Part shown: positions 40,616 through 50,196 of the stretch, in pieces
How the letters are laid out: the number at the start of each line of letters is the position of its first letter
Position numbering within the stretch: the stretch's first letter is position 1
Assembly: GCA_965242965.1 (NCBI GenBank)
Contig: OZ251518.1
Location: 4,768,001-4,832,000, forward strand
Source: Candidatus Poribacteria bacterium
Lineage (GTDB): Bacteria > Poribacteria > WGA-4E > WGA-3G
Length of the DNA stretch: 64,000 nt
Direction of reading: 5' to 3'
Notes under the pieces: model-generated
The model's database searches: none
What the model saw: only the letters and a program-made list of their open reading frames with translations
What the model was told of the DNA's origin: nothing
Translations under genes and position numbers: made by a program

Positions 40616-40933
40616 TTAAGACTTCTTGGCAACCCGACTCAGGTACCTCCCGGTGTAACGCGCATCGGAAGGCACGTCATTGGACCCGAGTGGGTGCGAC
40701 AACCGGTAATTCGCACCTCGTGTGATACGGACAGCTCCTTTTGAAGCTGCAGCGAGACGCTCATTTTCCTCAACGACTTGAAGGTCAATCTTCGGGTTAT
40801 TTTCAATGAGCGTCTGGTTATTCCATCTCTTGAGCATTGCAGAAGGCTTAACTCCAGACTCCGAAATTTCGGAAGTCTTGTCTTCTACTTTCGCTTCCAG
40901 AGAGGGAATCGGGAAGTGACGGGAATCATTCAT
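40616..40933 (-). CDS. small protein (105 aa) downstream of the SDH/Clp protease
   Basis: AAGGAG RBS in the 15-nt gap after the protease stop. Paralogous to 40258..40482. Confidence 0.75.
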   Translation of the reverse strand: MNDSRHFPIPSLEAKVEDKTSEISESGVKPSAMLKRWNNQTLIENNPKIDLQVVEENERLAAASKGAVRITRGANYRLSHPLGSNDVPSDARYTGRYLSRVAKKS

Positions 40934-40948
40934 GATGAGTCTCCTTTT

Positions 40949-41821
40949 TTACACATTGAAGTATTCGCGGGTATGGACGACAAACCAGGGAGCCTGGATC
41001 CCTAGGACATAATCCCTGAGCAACCCGAAGTACTCCTCAAGAGCGTTAGACAGATCCGGTGTATCCTCTAACTTCTCTATCTTCAAATTTAACTTCGGAT
41101 CCGAAACCAGGGTCTCCCTGGAAATCATGCGCGCGTGCGAGTGCCACCGCTCATTGTCGCTTAACGCGGCTGCAATCTCCTCTGCTCTTCGCTTCTTATC
41201 GTCCTTGGTAACACGAGTTCCGGTTGAACTGTGCTTGTCCCAATCCTTGAACTTATAGCTGGAGAGCCACTTAATGAGAAATTCATGTGACAACTCGCGC
41301 GCCTGTTCAAATTGGTAAAGTTCGCCCAAGTCAAATTGGTTGAGAAGCGCGTACTCAACCGTGTTCAACTCTCCATCCACGGCTTTTTTGCACAGCCGCT
41401 CATACTGGTTCAAATACGCCAAGGCAGGCACCAGTTTTCCATCCTTCACGATTTGAGGGTCTATGGGCCCCAACCCTGAAAAGTGGCTCATGAAGATGCG
41501 GTTGCCGGCCATCACGAAGACTGTTCCAGCGGACATGGCCCGGTCAGGAATCAGAAAGTCAATCTCGCCGTAGTGGTGACGCATCACTCCTACCATGCGC
41601 TCAACGACTTCAACGGTGCCCCCAGGTGTATCTAGAATAACCGCTATTCTAGATTTCCGGTCGTGGAAAAGTTCAACAGCGTCCTTGACGACATTTTCCA
41701 AACCAAACAGAATTGGACCGAAAATTGTGAGAGCATCTGCATCAAGAACGTTTTCAATTTTGCCCAGATACATGTTGAGCATGGATTTTGTGTGACGATC
41801 AACCGGAGGCAATATTTCCAT
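40949..41821 (-). CDS. SDH_sah-type ClpP-fold serine protease
   Basis: ILDTPGG, P..AMSAGT, LGPIDPQ, W.SH...I. AAGGAGG RBS. Confidence 0.88.
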   Translation of the reverse strand: MEILPPVDRHTKSMLNMYLGKIENVLDADALTIFGPILFGLENVVKDAVELFHDRKSRIAVILDTPGGTVEVVERMVGVMRHHYGEIDFLIPDRAMSAGTVFVMAGNRIFMSHFSGLGPIDPQIVKDGKLVPALAYLNQYERLCKKAVDGELNTVEYALLNQFDLGELYQFEQARELSHEFLIKWLSSYKFKDWDKHSSTGTRVTKDDKKRRAEEIAAALSDNERWHSHARMISRETLVSDPKLNLKIEKLEDTPDLSNALEEYFGLLRDYVLGIQAPWFVVHTREYFNV

Positions 41822-41853
41822 AATTTTCCTCCTTAACCTTAAAGGTTTTTATT

Positions 41854-41882
41854 ATTATACCACATTTTTTATCCACTGTCAA
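41854..41882 (-). promoter_or_regulatory. consensus sigma70 promoter of the protease operon
   Basis: TTGACA-N17-TATAAT on the minus strand with a TG extension. Confidence 0.75.
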
Positions 41883-41975
41883 ATAAAAAACACAAAAAAT
41901 GACCGTTTGTCAAGAAAACTTGACTGCAATTGCCATTTTATGATAGTATTTAACAATCACAAAGGAGGATTAACT

Positions 41976-44950
41976 ATGGCCAGAAAAAAACGAACCGCCA
42001 AAAAACCAAATACCGAAATCCAAGACTACCGACACGATACCAAACGGGTAAATAACCCACCCGCCGGTATCGCCGCACGAGGGAAAATTAACGAACCGCC
42101 GAAGGGGGAATACGCCTATAATCCACACCGGCCACCACGTCTCCGATTTGACGAAAACGGCGACGCAGACAGACTCCCCGAACTGCTCCAAAAGGCAAAG
42201 AACCAAGTCCTCTCCGAAGAGGAAGTGAATCTCCTCAACGAGGCACTCCAGCAACACGAACCTTGGCTGGAATGGAGCGGCAAGCAGGAAACGCAATCGT
42301 TCACCGTAGATCCGGTTGCGTTGCACATCCATGAACGCGTCAGCGCGAAAGCCATTATGAAAATCGCCGCACGCGAAAATGTCCAACGCAATCTCTTCGC
42401 TGATCCGCAACTGGCATACAACGAAGCCGTCCAGTTTTATCAGCACGACGTAGAGTGGGCAAACCGCCTCATCCTCGGCGATAGTCTCGCGGTGATGAGT
42501 TCCCTCGCGCATCGCGAAGACCTCGGGGGAAAGGTGCAGACGATTTACTTCGATCCACCCTACGGCATCAAGTTCGCCTCTAACTTCCAACCCACCGTCT
42601 TTCAGCGGAACGTCACGGACAAACCCGCAGACCTGACGCGCGAACCGGAACAGATTCAGGCATACCGCGACACATGGCACCTCGGCGTGCATTCTTACCT
42701 CGCTTACCTGCGAGACCGGCTGATGGTTGCGAGAGACCTGCTCACCGATAGCGGCAGCATCTTTGTGCAGATTAGCGACGAGAATGTGCATCGCGTGCGA
42801 TGTCTCATGGATGAAGTGTTTGAAGGTGAAAACTTCGTTGGAGAAATCATTTTCAAAACCCGCAGCACTTCTACAAGAAAGCACTTGTCTATATTGAATG
42901 ACTATATCCTTTGGTATAGCAAAGACATTGCTGCTCTCAAATTTCGCAGCGTTTACGAGGAGAAAAGTGCTGATTTGGCACGCTTCAACCTCGCGGATAT
43001 TGATGGACAGATTGCTAGAAGCAGTGACCCAGAAAATTTCTATTCAAAGGATGCGAAACATTTTTCAAGTAGCAGTCTTGCTTCAACTACCGGAGGCGAC
43101 ACGGCTAGACAACCTTTTGAATTTTACGGTAAGGAGTATACCCCACCACCTGCCCGGGGTTGGCGGTGTTCTTCTGAAGGGCTACAGCGGCTTGCATCAG
43201 CAGACAGGATATTTAATCACGGGAAGTCTATCCGTTACAAATACTTTCACAGCGATTTTCCATTTGTTAAAATCGGTAATCTGTGGGGTGAACAGATGTC
43301 CGAGCAAAACAAGTTTTATGTTGTGCAAACTTCTCTGAAAGCCGTCCAACGCTGCATTCTCATGACAACCGACCCGGGCGATCTTGTCCTCGATCCGACG
43401 TGCGGCAGCGGCACCACCGCTTATGTCGCCGAACAGTGGGGCAGACGCTGGATTACGATTGATACCAGCCGCGTCGCCATTGCCCTCGCGCGTCAACGCC
43501 TCTTGACGAGCAGTTTTGACTATTACCAATTCAAAGAGCCATCAAAGGGTATCGCTGGCGGCTTCGTCAACAAAGTTGTGCCGCATATTACCCTCAAAAG
43601 CATTGCGAAAAATGATGCCCTCGATCCGATTTTCGCCAAGCACGAGCCGATTTTAGCGGAGAAATTGGAGAAAATCAATCGGTGCCTTGCAGCAGTAGGG
43701 GGGGGGTCAAGCTTCGGTCCGAACTGCTTGCAAAATTGGCGGCGAAGGAGAAGCGCGAAGGGAAAAGAGCGATTACGGAGGCAGACCGGCGGCGATGGAT
43801 TCTTCCCGAAACTGCATGGCAAGAATGGGAGGTGCCTTTTGACGCGGATGCCGACTGGCCCGAAGCATTGCGCGCTGCGCTAACCGAGTATCGCGAAGCA
43901 TTTCAGGCGAAAATGAAGGAAGTGAACGCGTGCATTGAATCTTCCGCTGAGGGTGAGGAGCTCGTCGATCAGCCGAAAATTGAGCGTGGGAAGTTGCGCG
44001 TCAGCGGTCCGTTCACGGTAGAAGCCGTGCAACCTGCGGAGGCATCGTTAGATACCGAATCGCCTATCGGCGGTGAACCGGCAGAGGCATTGGAGACGTT
44101 TGACGCTGTAGGAGAGACCTCCCGGTCTCGACAAACGCCGGTAGGAGAGACCTCCCGGTCTCGAAACGCCGAGGCACATCTCACTGATATGATTCGGCTG
44201 TTGCGCCAAGATGGCGTGCGGTTTCCGAATAATCAGACGATGCAATTCGCCGCGTTGGATGCGCTGGAGGGAAGTCTCCTTCATGCCGAAGGCAGGTGGG
44301 AAGGGACAGAAAGAACGGTTGCGGTGACTTTTGGTCCGCAGCACGGCCCGGTGACTGCATTACAAGTTAGCCGCTGCTTACGCATTGCATCGCAGCGCGG
44401 TTATGATGAGCTCGTCTTCGCCGGTTTCAGTTTCGATGGCGCGGCGCAAGCGGCTATTCAGGCGGATGCCGATCCTGTTGTCCGCACGCATCTCGCGCAC
44501 ATTAATCCCGATGTGATGATGGGCGATTTACTCAAGGACACGCCTTCGGCGCAGTTGTTCACCGTATTCGGTCTGCCGCGCACCACGCTTGAGGGGCCAA
44601 CCGATGGCAAATACACCGTCACGATGGAGGGAGTAGACATCTACGATCCTGTCAAAGACGCTGTATTTTCTGCGAGTGCCGATAAAGTGGCGGCGTGGTT
44701 CGTGGATACTGATTACGACGAAAGCACCTTCTGCATCTCGCAGGCGTTTTTTCCCGATAAGAAGGCGTGGGAACGGATTGCGCGTGCGCTGAAAGGTGTC
44801 GTTGACACCGAACGTTTTGAGCAGTTCAGCGGGACGGTATCGCTGCCATTTGAGGCAGGGGCTCATCAGCGGGTTGCAGTGAAAGTCATTGATGCGCGTG
44901 GGAATGAAGTGATGCGCGTGCATGATTTGGGGGAAGGCGGATATGCGTAA
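41976..44950 (+). pseudogene. type III-like Mod adenine DNA methyltransferase, frameshifted at a G9 tract (43698-43706)
   Basis: NRLILGDSL, YFDPPYGIKF, GDLVLDPTCGSGTT in frame 1. The C-terminal half (RVSGPFTVE...VAVKVID.RGNEVM) continues in another frame after GTAGGGGGGGGGTCAAG. Confidence 0.85.
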
Positions 44951-45028
44951 TTTCCCCAGATTGACTTGACAAACGCGTCTGCACGTGTTATCATATTAAC
45001 ATATTTGTCAACAACCGAGGTGAACAAA

Positions 45029-45619
45029 ATGGCAGAAACGCAACTGAATCCGCTGGCATCCACACTGCCATCCACGCCGCCGATACTGTTAACGGCAGAA
45101 GAGTTGTGGAAAATGCCAGATAACGGTTATCGGTATGAACTTGTGAAAGGAGTCCTACGGAAAATGCCACCTGCAGGATTTGAACACGGCATCCGTTCGG
45201 TTGAAATTGGGAGCCTACTTCACGTGCACGTTAAAAAGCATGGGCTAGGTTATGTCTGTGCTGCCGAAACAGGTTTCACGATTTCCCGCAACCCTGATAC
45301 GGTGCGCGCGCCGGATGCCGCCTTCGTGCGCCGAGCGGCCATTGAGAGACAAGGTATCGTAAAAGGCTATTGGGAAGGCGCGCCAAATCTTGCCGTGGAA
45401 GTTATCTCGCCTGGCGATACCTACACCGAAGTCGCTGAAAAAGTTGATGAATGGCTAGCCGCCGGTTGCGCGATGGTGTGGGTGATTAATCCGCGCCGTG
45501 AAACGGTGGAAGTCCACCGCCCGGCTGAAGAGCCCATCGTTTTAAGTGGGGATGACATCCTAGAGGGTGGCGATGTCGTTGAAGGGTTCCGGTGTGAGGT
45601 TGACGCGCTGTTTGTGTGA
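45029..45619 (+). CDS. Uma2 family endonuclease
   Basis: LTAEEL, RYELVKG, PDTVRAPDAAFV, APNLAVEVISPGD, VWVINP. Confidence 0.92.
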   Translation: MAETQLNPLASTLPSTPPILLTAEELWKMPDNGYRYELVKGVLRKMPPAGFEHGIRSVEIGSLLHVHVKKHGLGYVCAAETGFTISRNPDTVRAPDAAFVRRAAIERQGIVKGYWEGAPNLAVEVISPGDTYTEVAEKVDEWLAAGCAMVWVINPRRETVEVHRPAEEPIVLSGDDILEGGDVVEGFRCEVDALFV

Positions 45620-45643
45620 AAGCGCGGCTTCGGCTGAATAATT

Positions 45644-46429
45644 CAGGGTGTTTCATAAATCCGTGTAGGCGCGACCTCCTGGTCTCGATGCAATAGGGCG
45701 GCGCGCCTACCGGGACCGCGGCGGCAGAAAGCCCCCTTGAAAAAACGTCTCTTAGGTCCGTAGGTCCTTAATGTCTATAGCCCGCGCAGGCAGTCAAGTC
45801 CTCAAGGCGTTTTTTTTTTGTCGGGATACTATAGACATGCAGAACCTAACAGACCTGAAGAGAGGTTTCGCAGGCGAGATCGCGGGGGACAGGCCCCCGC
45901 GCTACTCAGGATGACCTTTTCACCGTAGAGCCAGGGCCTGTCCCTCGCCGTGCCATCGGGTACACGAGCGATCGCGGGGGACAGGCCCCCGCGCTACGGG
46001 CCAGGAAAGGGTTCTTCTCGCTATGCCCCGTTCGGGATCAGGCGATCCCGAACTACATTCTCCTCAAGGTCCGTAGGACCTTAATGTCTATAGTTCGCGC
46101 AGGCCGCCAAGTCCTCAAGGTCCGTAGGACCTTAATGCTTCTCGCCGCGATGCATTTGCTGCCTATTAAGGACCTAAAGGACCTTAGGTTTTTTTCGGTC
46201 GGCGAGGTTCTATAGACATGCAGGACCTAAAGGACCTGAAGAGGTATTTTTCACGGGTGTGATCGCGGGGGACAGGCCCCCGCGCTACGGGAACATCGAG
46301 ACCGGGAGGGCGCGCTTACCGGGCCATCGCCTGCATCGAGACCAGGAGGTTTCTCCTACCAAGAGGACGCGGTAGTCGCCCGCTCCCCAAGGGGGAATAA
46401 ATACCGAAACGGAGTTATGAAACACCCTG
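45644..46429. mobile_element. MITE with perfect 14-bp TIR and REP mosaic interior (no TSD seen)
   Basis: CAGGGTGTTTCATA...TATGAAACACCCTG. Confidence 0.8.
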
Positions 46430-46497
46430 AGTTAAAATCGTTGCGCGAGCGTTTATCAGAATCGGTAGTCCGCCGCATAACCGGCTGAAATCGCAAT

Positions 46498-46758
46498 ATG
46501 AACCAAAGAGAATCCTTGCTTAACAAAGCAAGACAGAACCCAACTGGCTTGAAATTTAGAGAGTTCGAGAGACTCCTGCGACAATGCGGATGGTCACAAC
46601 GTCGCCAGCGCGGGAGCCATCGCGCTTGGTATTCGCCGACCGGGTATCGAATCATGATTCAACCCGAACGCACCATGGCTAAGGGATATCAAGTCAGACA
46701 ATTCTTTAGACAATACAACCAGGAAATCGAAGATGCTAAAAAATCAAGACGAATTTGA
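46498..46758 (+). CDS. hicA: HicA family toxin
   Basis: NP..LKF.E..RLL...G...R..GSH, K.YQVRQ. Confidence 0.85.
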   Translation: MNQRESLLNKARQNPTGLKFREFERLLRQCGWSQRRQRGSHRAWYSPTGYRIMIQPERTMAKGYQVRQFFRQYNQEIEDAKKSRRI

Positions 46759-47110
46759 TGGCTTCGCAGTCAACCTCTTCTTTGATGAAGATGGTGATTA
46801 TCTCGCGCATCTTGTTGAGATGCCCAATGTCTCGGCTTTCGGGCCGACACCCGCCAAAGCGTTAACCGAACTGAAAACGGCATGGCAGTTAATGAAAGAC
46901 TGCTATCAGGCAGACGGTGAGCCTCTTCCGCAACCTCCAGCGCGGGAAGGATACGCAGGTCCGGTGAATGTTCAGATTGACGAGGAGCTTTACCGCGTCC
47001 TCGCAGACGAAGCCGCGAAGGCGCAGATCAGCCTCTATGCACTCGTGAGGATGAAACTGATGAATAATAAGTCAGAGGAATGCACCTATTATGAACAAAA
47101 ATCAACTTGA
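46733..47110 (+). CDS. hicB: HicB family antitoxin
   Basis: EDGDYLA...EMP.VSAFG.T...AL, G.PLP.P, C-terminal RHH (YAG.VNVQI...LYR.L...A). Confidence 0.85.
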   Translation: MLKNQDEFDGFAVNLFFDEDGDYLAHLVEMPNVSAFGPTPAKALTELKTAWQLMKDCYQADGEPLPQPPAREGYAGPVNVQIDEELYRVLADEAAKAQISLYALVRMKLMNNKSEECTYYEQKST

Positions 47111-50054
47111 AATCCCGATTCAGCCGGTCGAACAGCCGATTCTGTGCAGCCCTTACGAAGAACCCAACGCACACTGGATCTACGATACCCAAACCGGCGA
47201 GGCTGTTAAGAACCCCGGCCGACGCGAGGCGGGATACTGGTTCAAGACAGAACGCACCGGCAGTGAACAGCAGCAGATGCAGTTCGTCCAAGAGGAAGAA
47301 CGCGATGATCTTCCGATAGTCAACGCACTCCGCGCCGATGTGAAACGGTGGCGCGAGACGAATTACCCGAACGTCACGCCTGTCACACGCGAATTGCTGC
47401 GGCATTGGGCAAGCGATAATCTGAAGCATCGGCTCTTTTTCTGTCAACGCGAAGCGGTTGAGACGATTATCTACCTCGTTGAGATTCTCCGGGGCGGCAG
47501 AGGGCCACGGTTTAAACCGCAATTCAGTGCGGCGGAACTGAGTCAATTAGTAGATTCTCCGAATACGCCAGAGCTCCCAGAACTCGTCCGATATGGATGC
47601 AAAATGGCGACGGGCAGCGGCAAAACAGTAGTGATGGCGATGCTCATCGCTTGGGCATTTTGCAACCGCGGGAAGGTGCCATCCGATGAGCGGTTCCCTG
47701 CTGCCGCCCTGATAGTCTGTCCGAACTTGACGATTAAGCAACGCCTCCAGGTCTTGCGGCCGGAGTCCGCGGACAACTACTACGATGAATTCACGCTTCT
47801 CCCGACGAAATTGCGTTCGTTGCTAAACAAGGGGAAGGTGTTGGTTACCAATTGGCATCAATTCGCGCTGGAGTCACCGCATCACGAAGGCGGCCAAACC
47901 TACGATGTTGTCTATAAAGGCGAGGAAACGCCGGACGCGTTCGCGAGGCGCGTGCTAGGCGAACTCTACGGACGCGCCCCGCTCATGGTGCTGAACGATG
48001 AGGGACATCACGCCTATCGGCCCGCGGGTTCTGGGGAAAAGTTATCGGCAGAGCTGAAAAAGGAGCGCGAAGAAGCCACCGTGTGGATTAGCGGCTTGGA
48101 CAGGATGAATCAAGCGTGCGGCGTGCGGTTCTGCGTAGATATGTCCGCTACGCCGTTTTATATCCAAGGCAGCGGGCATTCGGAAGGTTCGCCTTTCCCG
48201 TGGCTGGTTAGCGATTTTGGCTTAGTGGATGCGATTGAGAGCGGCATTACCAAGATTCCGCGGTTGCCGGTGAGCGATAGTACCGGCAGACCGGAACCGA
48301 GGTTCTTTCGACTCTGGAAAACGATTAACGATGAGATTTTGCCCGCCGACAGGCTGAGCCGAGGAAAACCCAAGCCGGAGGCGGTTTATCGGGAGGCGGA
48401 AAGCGCGCTCATCACGCTGGCGAGCCAGTGGAAAGAACGCTTTGAATACATCCAAGAAGCATCCGATGCGCAGGAGAAAACGCCGCCTGTCCTCATCATC
48501 GTCTGTGCCAATACCGATATTGCGGAGTTCTTTTTTCGTAAAATCTCCGGCGAGCAGGTTGATGAGATTGTGGTGCAAAGCGGTGGAAAAACCAGAAAGC
48601 GGAAGCAGACTGTCTATGGACAAGGCGCGCTGTTTCCCGATTTTCTATCAAATCGCGACGGCGTTTTAAGGACGCTGCGGATTGATAGCAAAATGCTGGC
48701 AGAGGCAGAAAACGCCGACCCGAGCAAAAATCGGACGCAAGCCGCGGAGGATTTGCGACGCATCGTCGCCACAATAGGGAAGAAGGGACAACCGGGTGAG
48801 CAGGTGCGGTGTGTCGTCTCCGTGGCGATGCTCAACGAAGGATGGGACGCGAATAACGTCACGCATATTCTCGGGCTGCGAGCCTTCAGCAGTCAGTTGC
48901 TTTGTGAACAGGTAGTTGGACGCGGGTTGCGCCGCATGAGTTATACGCCAGACCCCGAGACGGGACTCCTCACTGAAGAATACGTTGATGTCTACGGCAT
49001 TCCGTTCTCGGTGATTCCGTTCAAGGGGCGGCCTAGCGGTAAACCTGAACCGATTGATAGGCCGAAGAATCACGTCCGCGCCTTGCCAGAACGTTCTGCT
49101 TTTGAGATAAGATTCCCCAACGTTGAAGGATACGCCTTCGCGCTCCGCAAGAATGAAATCAAGGCGGACATCAACGCGATGGAGCCGCTCCACTTTCAGC
49201 CCAATCGGAATCCTGTTGCGACGTTTGTCAAACCTGCTGTCGGATACGAGATTGGAACGCCAAAACTTTCCGGTCCCGGTGATACCGTTTTACAGGACAG
49301 GAGCGAATTTTACAAAGCGACGCATCTGCAGGCGGTTAAATTTACGATTGCGCATCAGATTGTCCAGAAAATCGTCGGCGATAGCAAAACGCCGCCAGAT
49401 GCGAGGGCGAATCCCGCTCTCCGGCTGCAATCTCGGCATCGGCTCTTTCCGCAGGTATTTCGGTTCGTGGATGCCTACGTTGAGAAGAAGGTAGACTTCT
49501 GCGGGGAGAATCCGTTGGACCTGGCGCAACAGAAGTATGTCATGCTTGTCGTGGAACGTCTCTTGGCAGCTATTCAGCCGAATGAGACGCGTGGCGAAGT
49601 CCCGTTACTGCCTATCTTGAACCGTTATGAGTCAACTGGCACGTCGGCGGATGTGGCATTTCTCACGGCGCGTCCCTGCCACGGAACGCAAAAGAGTCAT
49701 GTCAACCAAGTCGTGCTGGATACGGAAACGTGGGAACGTTCTGCTTGTTTCTGGCTGGAGCAGTCCGAAAATGTGGTGTGCTATGTTCGGAATGACAGGC
49801 TTGGGTTGAGCATTCCGTATGAACACGCCGGCGTTTCTCACGTTTATGAACCCGATTTCATCGTCCGGTTCACGAACGGAGTCCATCTCCTTCTGGAAAT
49901 CAAAGGTTTTGAAACCGAACAGGAACCTGCCAAACACGAGGGTGCGAAGCGATGGGTTTCTGCTGTCAATAATTGGGGCAAATTCGGCAAATGGGATTTC
50001 CACGTCTGCCACAATCCACAACGGCTGCGTCATGAATTGGCGCGCTTCCTGTAG
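47091..50054 (+). CDS. type III-like restriction endonuclease Res subunit (SF2 helicase + PD-(D/E)XK)
   Basis: PILCSPYEEP, FFCQREA.ET, KMATGSGKT, NDEGHHAY, SATP, EGWDANNV, QVVGRGLRR, YEPDFIV..LEIKG. Confidence 0.92.
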   Translation: MNKNQLEIPIQPVEQPILCSPYEEPNAHWIYDTQTGEAVKNPGRREAGYWFKTERTGSEQQQMQFVQEEERDDLPIVNALRADVKRWRETNYPNVTPVTRELLRHWASDNLKHRLFFCQREAVETIIYLVEILRGGRGPRFKPQFSAAELSQLVDSPNTPELPELVRYGCKMATGSGKTVVMAMLIAWAFCNRGKVPSDERFPAAALIVCPNLTIKQRLQVLRPESADNYYDEFTLLPTKLRSLLNKGKVLVTNWHQFALESPHHEGGQTYDVVYKGEETPDAFARRVLGELYGRAPLMVLNDEGHHAYRPAGSGEKLSAELKKEREEATVWISGLDRMNQACGVRFCVDMSATPFYIQGSGHSEGSPFPWLVSDFGLVDAIESGITKIPRLPVSDSTGRPEPRFFRLWKTINDEILPADRLSRGKPKPEAVYREAESALITLASQWKERFEYIQEASDAQEKTPPVLIIVCANTDIAEFFFRKISGEQVDEIVVQSGGKTRKRKQTVYGQGALFPDFLSNRDGVLRTLRIDSKMLAEAENADPSKNRTQAAEDLRRIVATIGKKGQPGEQVRCVVSVAMLNEGWDANNVTHILGLRAFSSQLLCEQVVGRGLRRMSYTPDPETGLLTEEYVDVYGIPFSVIPFKGRPSGKPEPIDRPKNHVRALPERSAFEIRFPNVEGYAFALRKNEIKADINAMEPLHFQPNRNPVATFVKPAVGYEIGTPKLSGPGDTVLQDRSEFYKATHLQAVKFTIAHQIVQKIVGDSKTPPDARANPALRLQSRHRLFPQVFRFVDAYVEKKVDFCGENPLDLAQQKYVMLVVERLLAAIQPNETRGEVPLLPILNRYESTGTSADVAFLTARPCHGTQKSHVNQVVLDTETWERSACFWLEQSENVVCYVRNDRLGLSIPYEHAGVSHVYEPDFIVRFTNGVHLLLEIKGFETEQEPAKHEGAKRWVSAVNNWGKFGKWDFHVCHNPQRLRHELARFL

Positions 50055-50153
50055 GAGAGCCCCAACGATCGCGGGGGACAGGCCCCCGCGCTACGGTATG
50101 AATTGGCGCGCTTCATGTAGGAGAGTGGGGAATTGAGACAGGAGGGCTCGCCT
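50032..50153. repeat. REP hairpin between 28-bp direct repeats of the res 3' end
   Basis: ATGAATTGGCGCGCTTC(C/A)TGTAGGAGAG at 50032 and 50098. Confidence 0.8.
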
Positions 50154-50196
50154 ACAAAAGAACGCTGTCCTCGGTAGACGCGGCTCTGTAATCAAA

